From Macrostomum lignano (Eukaryota), in the NCBI GenBank assembly GCA_002269645.1, contig NIVC01000521.1:124001-188000 (forward strand): DNA of 64,000 nt, read 5' to 3'. Positions within the stretch are counted from its first letter, which is position 1, and every line of letters starts with the position of its first letter. The position numbers and the translations under genes were made by a program. Shown in pieces: positions 38,145 to 49,340 of the stretch. The notes under the pieces were generated by a model that was given only the letters and a program-made list of their open reading frames with translations, had not been told where the DNA came from and did no database searches.

Positions 38145-38600
38145 TTAAGCCGAAGGAGCTTTTTTATTAACACTGTGCGTCTGCTGATTCTGTTGCTGAG
38201 ACTGTTGCTGCTTCTGCTGTTGCGGTTGCTGCTGCGGTTGGAAATGCGGCGAAGGAAACAAAGCCGACCATTCCTTGAGCAGGGCGTCAACTCGTTGCCG
38301 TTGAAACACGCTGCTCTCCTTCTTGATACCGCCGCCAGTTCCGGTCGCTTTGCCAGCAGCAGCGGTGGCGGCGGCTGTTGAGGCGCCAGAAGCGGCACCA
38401 GAAGAGTCGCCCTGACCGCTGCCAGGCGTGGCCCAGCTGTAGCCTGTGTCCGGATGGTGCCTAACAATGCTATTTAAGGAGTTGAACGCGCACTGCAAGT
38501 GATATGTAGTTGTTAACAGGCGCGAGTTGAACAGGGAACCAAGGTCCGGTGCAGCGTGCACTACACCGTTGATGATGTAGTACAGAGACTGCGGTATCAC
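38145..38600 (-). CDS. MED6: Mediator subunit 6 coding exon 2 (VIPQSLYYIINGVVHAAPDLGSLFNSRL...RHHPDTGYSW...FQRQRVDALL)
   Basis: MED6 motifs YYII-G---APDL and FQRQRVDALL; CCCGCAG acceptor. Confidence 0.93.
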   Translation of the reverse strand: MIPQSLYYIINGVVHAAPDLGSLFNSRLLTTTYHLQCAFNSLNSIVRHHPDTGYSWATPGSGQGDSSGAASGASTAAATAAAGKATGTGGGIKKESSVFQRQRVDALLKEWSALFPSPHFQPQQQPQQQKQQQSQQQNQQTHSVNKKAPSA

Positions 38601-38689
38601 CTGCGGGTTTTGTTTGCACCATTTAACCTTCATTTCTTAATCGGCATTACTCACTTACCTTCCCTGTAAGGTGAGGGTACGGAGACTTA

Positions 38690-39300
38690 CCTGTACCCTC
38701 ACCTTCCCAATACCCTCACCTTCCCAATACCCTCACCTTCCCTGTACCCTCACCTTCCCTGTACCCTCACCTTCCCTGTACCCTCATTTTTCCTACACCC
38801 TCACCTTCCCTGTACCCTCATTTTTCCTACACCCTCACCTTCCCTGTACCCTCATTTTTCCTACACCCTCACCTTCCCTGTACCCTCATTTTCCCTACAC
38901 CCTCACCTTCCCAATACCCTCACCTTCTCCGTACCTCAGTACCCTCATTTTTCCTACACCCTCACCTTCCCTGTACCCTCATTTTTCCTACACCCTCACC
39001 TTCCCTGTACCCTCATTTTCCCTACACCCTCACCTTCCCTGTACCCTCATTTTTCCTACACCCTCACCTTCCCTGTACCCTCATTTTCCCTACACCCTCA
39101 CCTTCCCAATACCCTCACCTTCTCCGTACCCTCACTTTCCCAATACCCTCATTTCCCTAAACCCTCACCTTCCCTACACCCTCACCTTCCCTATACCCTC
39201 ACCCATATTCCCTTCTCCTTCCCTATACCCTCACCTTCCCTATACCCTCACCCATATTCCCTATACCTATTCCCTATACCCATACCTTCATTACACCCTT
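38690..39300. repeat. 17-bp-based minisatellite CCCTCACCTTCCCTGTA / CCCTCATTTTTCCTACA in the MED6 intron
   Basis: Tandem copies of two alternating related units. Confidence 0.9.
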
Positions 39301-39422
39301 AATTTACACTTTCACATTCCTTATACCCTCATTTTCACTACACTCATCTTAGAATCTCGGTTTTTCCTCCTGCAGTAGCTGCTATGATTCATTACATAAT
39401 TTTACAATCCACTAGCTTTTAC

Positions 39423-39710
39423 CTCAGTAGGTGATTTCCGAAACTGCTTGCGTATAACAAAGAGTATTGGCTCCTGAAAGCGGAGCAGCACATACTCAAC
39501 ACCTTGCATGCCGAGCAGATGCTCCGGATTAAGCCTCTGCATTCGAATCTGCTCATTATTGCAGTGATGATCGTAAAATGGATTTGTACGTTCGCAAAAA
39601 TAGTCCAATATATTAGCTGGCGTTGGCTGCTGCATGTTCCACCGATTCGCATCTGACCAGGTGAGCGACAGCAGCTTGGACCAGGTCGACGCATCCTGCG
39701 AGTGCGCCAT
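39423..39710 (-). CDS. MED6: Mediator subunit 6 coding exon 1 (…ILDYFCERTNPFYDHHCNNEQIRMQRL...GVEYVL...EPILFVIRKQ)
   Basis: MED6 N-terminal motifs; donor GAG|GTAAAA. The joined CDS is 744 nt (247 aa). Confidence 0.94.
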
Positions 39711-39764
39711 CGGGCTCGGGGTTGAAGGATGCTGCAGCGGGGCAGAGAGTGTGCGGGGTGGCTG

Positions 39765-40335
39765 TGCCTGTGCTAATGACTGAGCTATCCTGCCTCAGTG
39801 CCTGTGCTAATGACTGAGCTGTCCTGCCTCAGTGCCTGTGCTAATGACCGAGCTATCCTGCCTCAGTGCCTGTGCTAATGACTTAGCTATCCTGCCTCAG
39901 TGCCTGTGCTAATGACTTAGCTATCCTGCCTCAGTGCCTGTGCTAATGACTGAGCTATCCTGCCTCAGTGCCTGTGCTAATGACTGAGCTGTCCTGCCTT
40001 AATGCCTGTGCTAATGACTGAGCTATTCTGCCTCAATGCCTGTGCTAATGACTGAGCTATCCTGCCTCAGTGCCTGTGCTAATGACTGAGCTATCCTGCC
40101 TCAGTGCCTGTGCTAATGACTGAGCTATCCTGCCTCAGTGCCTGTGCTAATGACTGAGCTATCCTGCCTCAGTGCCTGTGCTAATGACTGAGCTGTCCTG
40201 CCTTAATGCCTGTGCTAATGACTGAGCTATTCTGCCTCAATGCCTGTGCTAATGACTGAGCTATCCTGCCTCAGTGCCTGTGCTAATGACTGAGCTATCC
40301 TGCCTCAGTGCCTGTGCTAATGACTGAGCTATCTG
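39765..40335. repeat. 34-bp minisatellite GTGCCTGTGCTAATGACTGAGCTATCCTGCCTCA
   Basis: Tandem copies between the SerRS gene and MED6. Confidence 0.95.
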
Positions 40336-40349
40336 CCTTATTAAATCAA

Positions 40350-40650
40350 TAATAAGAAAATTACTGATTACACCTGCCCGAATTAGGCCAGATGTGCAAC
40401 CGACAGCTCAGCCGCAGCGATTGCACGGCGCATCTGAAGGCTGCGTACGGCTGTTCAGTCCAAGGACTGGGGGGAGGGGGGTCACAACACACACCCTCAA
40501 TTATCCCAGCTAATGCTGGCACCCATTTTACAGCTGGGTGAACTGAAGCAATGCAGAGTTAAGTGTCTTGCTCAAGGACACAATTTGTTCCGAGTTGGTT
40601 AGGAATCGAACTCCCGACTTTCGGCTACAGCCCTTCACTAAGCTACAATC
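40350..40650 (-). mobile_element. tRNA-derived SINE
   Basis: On the minus strand: A-box-like GTAGCTTAGTG, B box GAGTTCGATTCC, then the core TGTGTCCTTGAGCAAGACACTTAAC typical of metazoan core-domain SINEs. The 3' part is shared with the copy at 50470-50590. Confidence 0.7.
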
Positions 40651-40848
40651 CTATTCGCCTCAACAAATCAATAAACTAAGTTAAATGAGTTAGCAAAATT
40701 AAAAAGCAAGTTGAATAAACTTGAAGACTCATACAAACACAATATAATATAATTTTATCATCTAACGCATCAAGCATAGCAGCACATGGCAAATAAATAA
40801 AAACTATAAACTGACACAGTTTCAAGTTCAAAATGCCAAACAAACAAT

Positions 40849-41337
40849 TCACAGCATAGGCTGCCGTTTCAGTCTAGCAAAATACATCGACTTCATTGGT
40901 GGCCGTTTCAGCATGGTCAACTCGTTAGTAAATGGAGCCATATAGGGCGCCAGTGCCGGCGGTAGGGCTACACTGCCGCCATCTGAGCATTGATGCGTCT
41001 CTACCAGAGCTTTAATAGTTCGAGTAATTGCACAAGCCGTGCCATTGAGAGTGTGCGGAAATCCGCCTAGATTAGTACCAGCTAATCCAATGCCCAGCCT
41101 GCGGCTCTGATAATCCGTACAGTTGGAAGCGCTGCAGACTTCGCCAAACCTGGCCTCGGATGGTAGCCAGGCTTCCCAATCGAATTTGCGATAAGCCGGA
41201 TTGCCCAACTCTTCGGTGGCCATGTCTAATAGGCGGCAGTGCAGGCCCAGCTGGTTCAGTATGGCCTCCTGCACTGACAGCAGGCGCTGGTGCTCGGACT
41301 CGCTGTCCGCCGGCGAGGTCAGGCTGAACAGCTCCAC
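40849..41337 (-). CDS. SARS2: Mitochondrial seryl-tRNA synthetase, terminal exon (VELF...AYRKFDWEAWLP...EVCSASNCTDYQSRRL...HTLNGTACAITR)
   Basis: Class IIa SerRS motif 3 region; CCGCCCAG acceptor. Confidence 0.93.
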   Translation of the reverse strand: MELFSLTSPADSESEHQRLLSVQEAILNQLGLHCRLLDMATEELGNPAYRKFDWEAWLPSEARFGEVCSASNCTDYQSRRLGIGLAGTNLGGFPHTLNGTACAITRTIKALVETHQCSDGGSVALPPALAPYMAPFTNELTMLKRPPMKSMYFARLKRQPML

Positions 41338-41419
41338 CTGGGCGGAAAGGGGGGTGAAGCCGTTTTTTGGAGGTGTAAACTAGTCACGCTGAGCTTCATT
41401 TACTCGGTAGATAGTTGTA

Positions 41420-41790
41420 GCTTGTAGTAGTAGTAGTAGTAGTAGTAAAAGTAGTAGTAGTAGTAGTAGTAGTAGTAAAAGTAGTAGTAGTAGTTAGTAG
41501 TAGTAGTAGTTGAAGATGTAGTAGTAGTAGTAGTAGTTAGTAGTAGTAGTAGCAGTAGTAGTAGTAGTAGTAGTTGAAGATGTAGTAGTAGTAGTAGTAG
41601 TTAGTAGTAGTAGTAGCAGTAGTAGTAGTAGTAGTAGTAGTAGTAGTTGAAGATGTAGTAGTAGTAGTAGTAGTAGTTAGTAGTAGTAGATGTAGTAGTA
41701 GTAGTAGTAGTAGTTGTAGTAAGAGTAGTAGTAGCAGTATTCGTAGTAGTAGTAATAGTAGTAGTAGTAGTAGCAGTAGTAGTAGACTGC
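41420..41790. repeat. (TAG)n microsatellite in SerRS intron 2
   Basis: About 370 bp of TAG repeats with interruptions. Confidence 0.97.
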
Positions 41791-41819
41791 GCAAAATGAT
41801 TAATCCGCTAATCTCATAC

Positions 41820-42077
41820 CTTAGTAAACTGCGGCACGCGGTACATGGCGTCCTCAACTTTAGAGATCTCCCGTCTGTAGCAGCGTGACACGGCGCAGAG
41901 GCGCACAGGCAGCTGGTCAATACGGTAGACGCGGCCAGCCAGGTAACCGGCCAGAGCTATCTCTGCCGTGCCAATCAGTGCCATGGAGCCAGTTAAAAAT
42001 ACCTGCGACCTGGTGCCTTGAGTCACAAAGCCGCACGCGTCAACCAGCTCCGGCGGGACCAGTTCGGGCACGCCAAT
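41820..42077 (-). CDS. SARS2: Mitochondrial SerRS exon 2 (IGVPELVPPELVDACGF...LIGTAEIALAG...LPVRLCAVSRCYRRE...YRVPQFTK)
   Basis: GTAE serine-binding motif and motif 2; TTTTACCAG acceptor; AAG|GTATGA donor. Confidence 0.92.
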
Positions 42078-42244
42078 CTGGTAAAAGCGATGTAAATATT
42101 GTATCCCGTAGAAATATACTAGCGATACTACTTTCAAAAATACAAGTAGCAAGTAGCGAAATGCTTACTTAAATAAGCATTTTTAAGAAAGCAATTTTAG
42201 ACTAATTTCGTTGAAATCTTTTCTTGGCGATTCTATTTAGCATG

Positions 42245-43665
42245 GATTCTAGAAGCTTGGGATTATTGGGGGATTCTAGAAACTTGGGATTATCGGGGGA
42301 TTCTAGAAGCTTGGGATTATTGGGGGATTCTAGAAGCTTGGGATTATCGGGGGATTCTAGAAACTTGGGATTATTGGGGGATTCTAGAAGCTTGGGATTA
42401 TCGGGGGATTCTAGAAACTTGGGATTATCGGGGGATTCTAGAAGCTTGGGATTATCGGGGGATTCTAGAAACTTGGGATTATTGGGGGATTCTAGAAACT
42501 TGGGATTATTGGGGGATTCTAGAAACTTGGGATTATCGGGGGATTCTAGAAACTTGGGATTATCGGGGGATTCTAGAAGCTTGGGATTATCGGGGGATTC
42601 AAGAAACTTGGGATTATTGGGGGATTTTAGAAACTTGGGATTATCGGGGGATTCTAGAAACTTGGGATTATTGGGGGATTCTAGAAACTTGGGATTATCG
42701 GGGGATTCTAGAAACTTGGGATTATCGGGGGATTCTAGAAGCTTGGGATTATCGGGGGATTCAAGAAACTTGGGATTATCGGGGGATTCTAGAAACTTGG
42801 GATTATTGGGGGATTCAAGAAACTTGGGATTATCGGGGGATTCTAGAAACTTGGGATTATTGGGGGATTCTAGAAGCTTGGGATTATCGGGGGATTCAAG
42901 AAACTTGGGATTATCGGGGGATTCTAGAAACTTGGGATTATTGGGGGATTCAAGAAACTTGGGATTATCGGGGGATTCTAGAAACTTGGGATTATTGGGG
43001 GATTCTAGAAGCTTGGGATTATCGGGGGATTCAAGAAACTTGGGATTATCGGGGGATTCTAGAAACTTGGGATTATTGGGGGATTCTAGAAGCTTGGGAT
43101 TATCGGGGGATTCAAGAAACTTGGGATTATCGGGGGATTCTAGAAGCTTGGGATTATTGGGGGATTCTAGAAGCTTGGGATTATCGGGGGATTCTAGAAA
43201 CTTGGGATTATTGGGGGATTCTAGAAGCTTGGGATTATCGGGGGATTCTAGAAACTTGGGATTATTGGGGATTCTAGAAGCTTGGGATTATCGGGGGATT
43301 CTAGAAACTTGGGATTATTGGGGGATTCTAGAAACTTGGGATTATTGGGGGATTCTAGAAGCTTGGGATTATCGGGGGATTCTAGAAGCTTGGGATTATC
43401 GGGGGATTCTAGAAGCTTGGGATTATCGGGGGATTCTAGAAACTTGGGATTATCGGGGGATTCTAGAAGCTTGGGATTATCGGGGGGATTCTAGAAGCTT
43501 GGGATTATCGGGGGATTCTAGAAGCTTGGGATTATCGGGGGATTCTAGAAACTTGGGATTATCGGGGGATTCTAGAAGCTTGGGATTATCGGGGGGATTC
43601 TAGAAGCTTGGGATTATCGGGGGGATTCTAGAAGCTTGGGATTAGCGGGGGATTCTAGAAGCTCG
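42245..43665. repeat. 27-bp minisatellite GATTCTAGAAGCTTGGGATTATCGGGG in SerRS intron 1
   Basis: About 50 tandem copies; explains the GDSRSLGLS pseudo-ORF. Confidence 0.97.
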
Positions 43666-43749
43666 TGATTGAGAAATTCTAGAATGCGATTATAAAATTT
43701 AAAAAGAAATCAAACGCATAAATAAAAACAAATAATTAAAAATGACTAC

Positions 43750-44316
43750 CTGCTGAAAGCCGAACTCCCGAGCAACATCCAGCGCTAGTCCAATCAACGC
43801 AGTTTCTAACTGTGCTAACTGGCCTCTAAAATAGTGAGTCCGTTGGCCAGTCAGCAAGGACAGATTTCTGGACGCCAACAATCTCAGATTCTGCAACAGA
43901 GTGCGCGCGTCAAAGCCGCGCCGCTCCTCAGTCGATGGCGCTGTGCCAATCAGGCGAACCAGCCGGCTGTTGGCCTCGCCGCCAACGGGCGAGTCCGGGT
44001 GAGTCCAGTTCGGCAAGCGGGCCGCTGCCGCCACCGCCGCGGCGCCGTCCGACGACTCGGCGCGTAAACGCAGCGCCGCGTCAACTAAATCGGGATCGGC
44101 GCCGCGTTGGCGCGCATTTTGGCGCGCGGCCGCCGCACGGACGGGATCTGACAGGCTTTCCCAATCGATCTGCGGTTCGAAGAACGGCGCGGATTTGGGA
44201 GCGTCAGGATTCTTGGCTGGCCGGTGCTCAACGCTGCTAGGGGTGCAGCAGCCACTGAGCCAACGGCTGCCGCGGGTCAGCACGGCCTGGCACAGGCGCC
44301 GGTGTAGGTGCGGCAC
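43750..44316 (-). CDS. SARS2: Mitochondrial SerRS exon 1 (Arg-rich leader, IDW...NARQRG...LPNWTHPDSPVG...motif 1); 5' boundary uncertain (GTG at 44316 or acceptor at 44287|44286)
   Basis: LPNxTHPxxPVG motif; GQRTHYFRGQLAQLETALI (motif 1 region); donor CAG|GTAGTC. No in-frame ATG. Confidence 0.85.
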
Positions 44317-44361
44317 TGACGCCAGCGGTTGAGGCAGCGGAGAGCAAATGAGGGCTTCTAG

Positions 44362-47300
44362 CCGTCTAATGCTGTTTGTTTACTGTCTAATGCTGTTTGT
44401 TTACTGTCTAATGCTGCTTATTTACTGTCTAATGCTGTTTGTTTACTGTCTAATGCTGTTTGTTTACAGCCTAATGCTGTTTCTTTACTGTCTAATGCTG
44501 TTTCTTTACAGCCTAATGCTGTTTCTTTACTGTCTAATGCTGTTTGTTTAAAGCCTAATGCTGTTTCTTTACTGTCTAATGCTGTTTGTTTACAGCCTAA
44601 TGTTGTTTCTTTACTGTCTAATGCTGTTTGTTTACTGTCTAATGCTGTTTGTTTACTGTCTAATGCTGTTTCTTTACTGTCTAATGCTGTTTCTTTACAG
44701 CCTAATGCTGTTTATTTACTGTCTAATCCTGCTTCTTTACAGCCTAATGCTGTTTCTTTACTGTCTAATGCTGTTTGTTTACAGCCTAATGCTGTTTGTT
44801 TACTGTCTAATGCTGTTTGTTTACTGTCTAATGCTGTTTGTTTACTGTCTAATGCTGTTTGTTTACTGTCTAATCCTGCTTCTTTACAGCCTAATGCTGT
44901 TTCTTTACTGTCTAATGCTGTTTCTTTACAGCCTAATGCTGTTTCTTTACTGTCTAATGCTGTTTGTTTACAGCCTAATGCTGTTTGTTTACAGCCTAAT
45001 GCTGTTTGTTTACAGCCTAATGCTGTTTCTTTACTGTCTAATGCTGTTTGTTTACAGCCTAATGTTGTTTCTTTACTGTCTAATGCTGTTTGTTTACTGT
45101 CTAATGCTGTTTGTTTACTGTCTAATGCTGTTTGTTTACTGTCTAATGCTGTCTGTTTACTGTCTAATGCTGCTTCTTTACTGTCTAATGCTGTTTCTTT
45201 ACAGCCTAATGCTGTTTGTTTACTGTCTAATGCTGTTTGTTTACTGTCTAATGCTGCTTCTTTACTGTCTAATGCTGTTTGTTTACAGCCTAATGCTGTT
45301 TCTTTACAGCCTAATGCTGTTTGTTTACAGCCTAATGCTGTTTCTTTACTGTCTAATGCTGTTTATTTACTGTCTAATGCTGTTTCTTTACAGCCTAATG
45401 CTGTTTGTTTACTGTCTAATGCTGTTTGTTTACTGTCTAATGCTGCTTCTTTACTGTCTAATGCTGTTTGTTTACAGCCTAATGCTGTTTCTTTACTGTC
45501 TAATGCTGTTTCTTTACAGCCTAATGCTGTTTCTTTACTGTCTAATGCTGTTTGTTTACAGCCTAATGCTGTTTGTTTACTGTCTAATGCTGTTTGTTTA
45601 CAGCCTAATGCTGTTTGTTTACTGTCTAATGCTGTTTGTTTACTGTCTAATGCTGTTTGTTTACTGTCTAATGCTGTTTGTTTACTGTCTAATCCTGCTT
45701 CTTTACAGCCTAATGCTGTTTCTTTACTGTCTAATGCTGTTTCTTTACAGCCTAATGCTGTTTCTTTACTGTCTAATGCTGTTTCTTTACTGTCTAATGC
45801 TGTTTATTTACTGTCTAATGCTGTTTCTTTACAGCCTAATGCTGTTTCTTTACTGTCTAATGCTGTTTGTTTACTGTCTAATGCTGTTTGTTTACTGTCT
45901 AATGCTGTTTGTTTACAGCCTAATGCTGTTTCTTTACAGCCTAATGCTGTTTGTTTACAGCCTAATGCTGTTTCTTTACAGCCTAATGCTGTTTATTTAC
46001 TGTCTAATGCTGTTTATTTACAGTTAACGCTGCTTCTTTACAGCCTAATGCTGTTTCTTTACTGTCTAATGCTGCTTCTTTACAGTCTAATGCTGCTTCT
46101 TTACTGTCTAATGCTGTTTGTTTACAGCCTAATGCTGTTTCTTTACTGTCTAATGCTGTTTGTTTACAGCCTAATGTTGTTTCTTTACTGTCTAATGCTG
46201 TTTGTTTACTGTCTAATGCTGTTTGTTTACTGTCTAATGCTGTTTCTTTACTGTCTAATGCTGTTTCTTTACAGCCTAATGCTGTTTATTTACTGTCTAA
46301 TGCTGTTTCTTTACAGCCTAATGCTGTTTCTTTACTGTCTAATGCTGTTTGTTTACAGCCTAATGCTGTTTGTTTACTGTCTAATGCTGTTTGTTTACTG
46401 TCTAATGCTGTTTGTTTACTGTCTAATCCTGCTTCTTTACAGCCTAATGCTGTTTCTTTACTGTCTAATGCTGTTTCTTTACAGCCTAATGCTGTTTCTT
46501 TACTGTCTAATGCTGTTTCTTTACTGTCTAATGCTGTTTGTTTACAGCCTAATGCTGTTTGTTTACAGCCTAATGCTGTTTCTTTACTGTCTAATGCTGT
46601 TTGTTTACTGTCTAATGCTGTTTGTTTACTGTCTAATGCTGTTTGTTTACTGTCTAATGCTGTCTGTTTACTGTCTAATGCTGCTTCTTTACTGTCTAAT
46701 GCTGTTTCTTTACAGCCGAATGCTGTTTGTTTACTGTCTAATGCTGTTTGTTTACTGTCTAATGCTGCTTCTTTACTGTCTAATGCTGTTTGTTTACAGC
46801 CTAATGCTGTTTCTTTACAGCCTAATGCTGTTTGTTTACAGCCTAATGCTGTTTCTTTACTGTCTAATGCTGTTTATTTACTGTCTAATGCTGTTTCTTT
46901 ACAGCCTAATGCTGTTTGTTTACTGTCTAATGCTGTTTGTTTACTGTCTAATGCTGTTTGTTTACAGCCTAATGCTGTTTCTTTACTGTCTAATGCTGTT
47001 TCTTTACAGCCTAATGCTGTTTCTTTACTGTCTAATGCTGTTTGTTTACAGCCTAATGCTGTTTGTTTACTGTCTAATGCTGTTTGTTTACTGTCTAATG
47101 CTGTTTGTTTACTGTCTAATGCTGTTTGTTTACTGTCTAATCCTGCTTCTTTACAGCCTAATGCTGTTTCTTTACTGTCTAATGCTGTTTCTTTACAGCC
47201 TAATGCTGTTTCTTTACTGTCTAATGCTGTTTCTTTACTGTCTAATGCTGTTTGTTTACAGCCTAATGCTGTTTGTTTACAGCCTAATGCTGTTTCTTTA

Positions 47301-49340
47301 CTGTCTAATGCTGTTTGTTTACAGCCTAATGTTGTTTCTTTACTGTCTAATGCTGTTTGTTTACTGTCTAATGCTGTTTGTTTACTGTCTAATGCTGTTT
47401 GTTTACTGTCTAATGCTGTCTGTTTACTGTCTAATGCTGTCTGTTTACTGTCTAATGCTGCTTCTTTACTGTCTAATGCTGTTTCTTTACAGCCTAATGC
47501 TGTTTGTTTACTGTCTAATGCTGTTTGTTTACTGTCTAATGCTGCTTCTTTACTGTCTAATGCTGTTTGTTTACAGCCTAATGCTGTTTCTTTACAGCCT
47601 AATGCTGTTTGTTTACAGCCTAATGCTGTTTCTTTACTGTCTAATGCTGTTTATTTACTGTCTAATGCTGTTTATTTACAGTTAACGCTGCTTCTTTACA
47701 GCCTAATGCTGTTTCTTTACTGTCTAATGCTGCTTCTTTACAGTCTAATGCTGCTTCTTTACTGTCTAATGCTGCTTCTTTACTGTCTAATGCTGCTTCT
47801 TTACTGTCTAATGCTGCTTCTTTACTGTCTAATGCTGCTTCTTTACTGTCTAATGCTGCTTCTTTACAGTCTAATGCTGCTTCTGTACAGCCTAATGCTG
47901 CTTCTTTACTGTCTAATGCTGCTTCTTTACAGCCTAATGCTGTTTCTTTACAGCCAAATGCTGCTTCTTTACAGCCTAATGCTGTTTCTTTACAGCCTAA
48001 TGCTGCTTCTTTACAGCCTAATGCTGTTTCTTTACTGTCTAATGCTGCTTCTTTACTGTCTAATGCTGCTTCTTTACAGTCTAATGCTGCTTCTTTACTG
48101 TCTAATGCTGCTTCTTTACTGTCTAATGCTGCTTCTTTACAGTCTAATGCTGCTTCTGTACAGCCTAATGCTGTTTCTTTACTGTCTAATGCTGCTTCTT
48201 TACTGTCTAATGCTGCTTCTTTACTGTCTAATGCTGTTTCTTTACTGTCTAATGCTGTTTCTTTACAGCCTAATGCTGTTTCTTTACAGTCTAATGCTGC
48301 TTCTTTACTGTCTAATGCTGTTTATTTACTGTCTAATGCTGTTTATTTACAGTTAACGCTGCTTCTTTACAGTCTAATGCTGCTTCTTTACTGTCTAATG
48401 CTGCTTCTTTACTGTCTAATGCTGCTTCTTTACTGTCTAATGCTGCTTCTTTACTGTCTAATGCTGCTTCTTTACTGTCTAATGCTGCTTCTTTACAGTC
48501 TAATGCTGCTTCTGTACAGCCTAATGCTGCTTCTTTACTGTCTAATGCTGCTTCTTTACAGCCTAATGCTGTTTCTTTACAGCCAAATGCTGCTTCTTTA
48601 CAGCCTAATGCTGTTTCTTTACAGCCTAATGCTGCTTCTTTACAGCCTAATGCTGTTTCTTTACTGTCTAATGCTGCTTCTTTACTGTCTAATGCTGCTT
48701 CTTTACAGTCTAATGCTGCTTCTTTACTGTCTAATGCTGCTTCTTTACTGTCTAATGCTGCTTCTTTACAGTCTAATGCTGCTTCTGTACAGCCTAATGC
48801 TGTTTCTTTACTGTCTAATGCTGCTTCTTTACTGTCTAATGCTGCTTCTTTACTGTCTAATGCTGTTTCTTTACTGTCTAATGCTGTTTCTTTACAGCCT
48901 AATGCTGTTTCTTTACAGTCTAATGCTGCTTCTTTACTGTCTAATGCTGTTTATTTACTGTCTAATGCTGTTTATTTACAGTTAACGCTGCTTCTTTACA
49001 GCCTAATGCTGTTTCTTTACTGTCTAATGCTGCTTCTTTACTGTCTAATGCTGTTTCTTTACTGTCTAATGCTGCTTCTTTACTGTCTAATGCTGCTTCC
49101 TTACTGTCTAATGCTGTTTCTTTACAGCCTAATGCTGTTTCTTTACAGTCTAATGCTGCTTCTTTACAGTCTAATGCTGCTTCTTTACTGTCTAATGCTG
49201 CTTCTTTACAGTCTAATGCTGCTTCTTTACTGTCTAATGCTGTTTCTTTACTGTCTAATGCTGCTTCTTTACAGTCTAATGCTGCTTCTTTACAGCCTAA
49301 TGCTGCTTCTTTACAGCCTAATGCTGTTTCTTTACTGTTT
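44362..49340. repeat. About 5-kb satellite of a 21-bp monomer CTGTCTAATGCTGTTT(G/C)TTTA with higher-order structure
   Basis: Roughly 235 monomers; explains the LMLFVYC pseudo-ORFs. Confidence 0.98.

Noticed and set aside
28869-44316. tRNA-Ser gene about 12 kb from a seryl-tRNA synthetase gene
   Set aside because: The tRNA is cytosolic type and the enzyme mitochondrial type, so they are not substrate and enzyme; proximity is probably chance.
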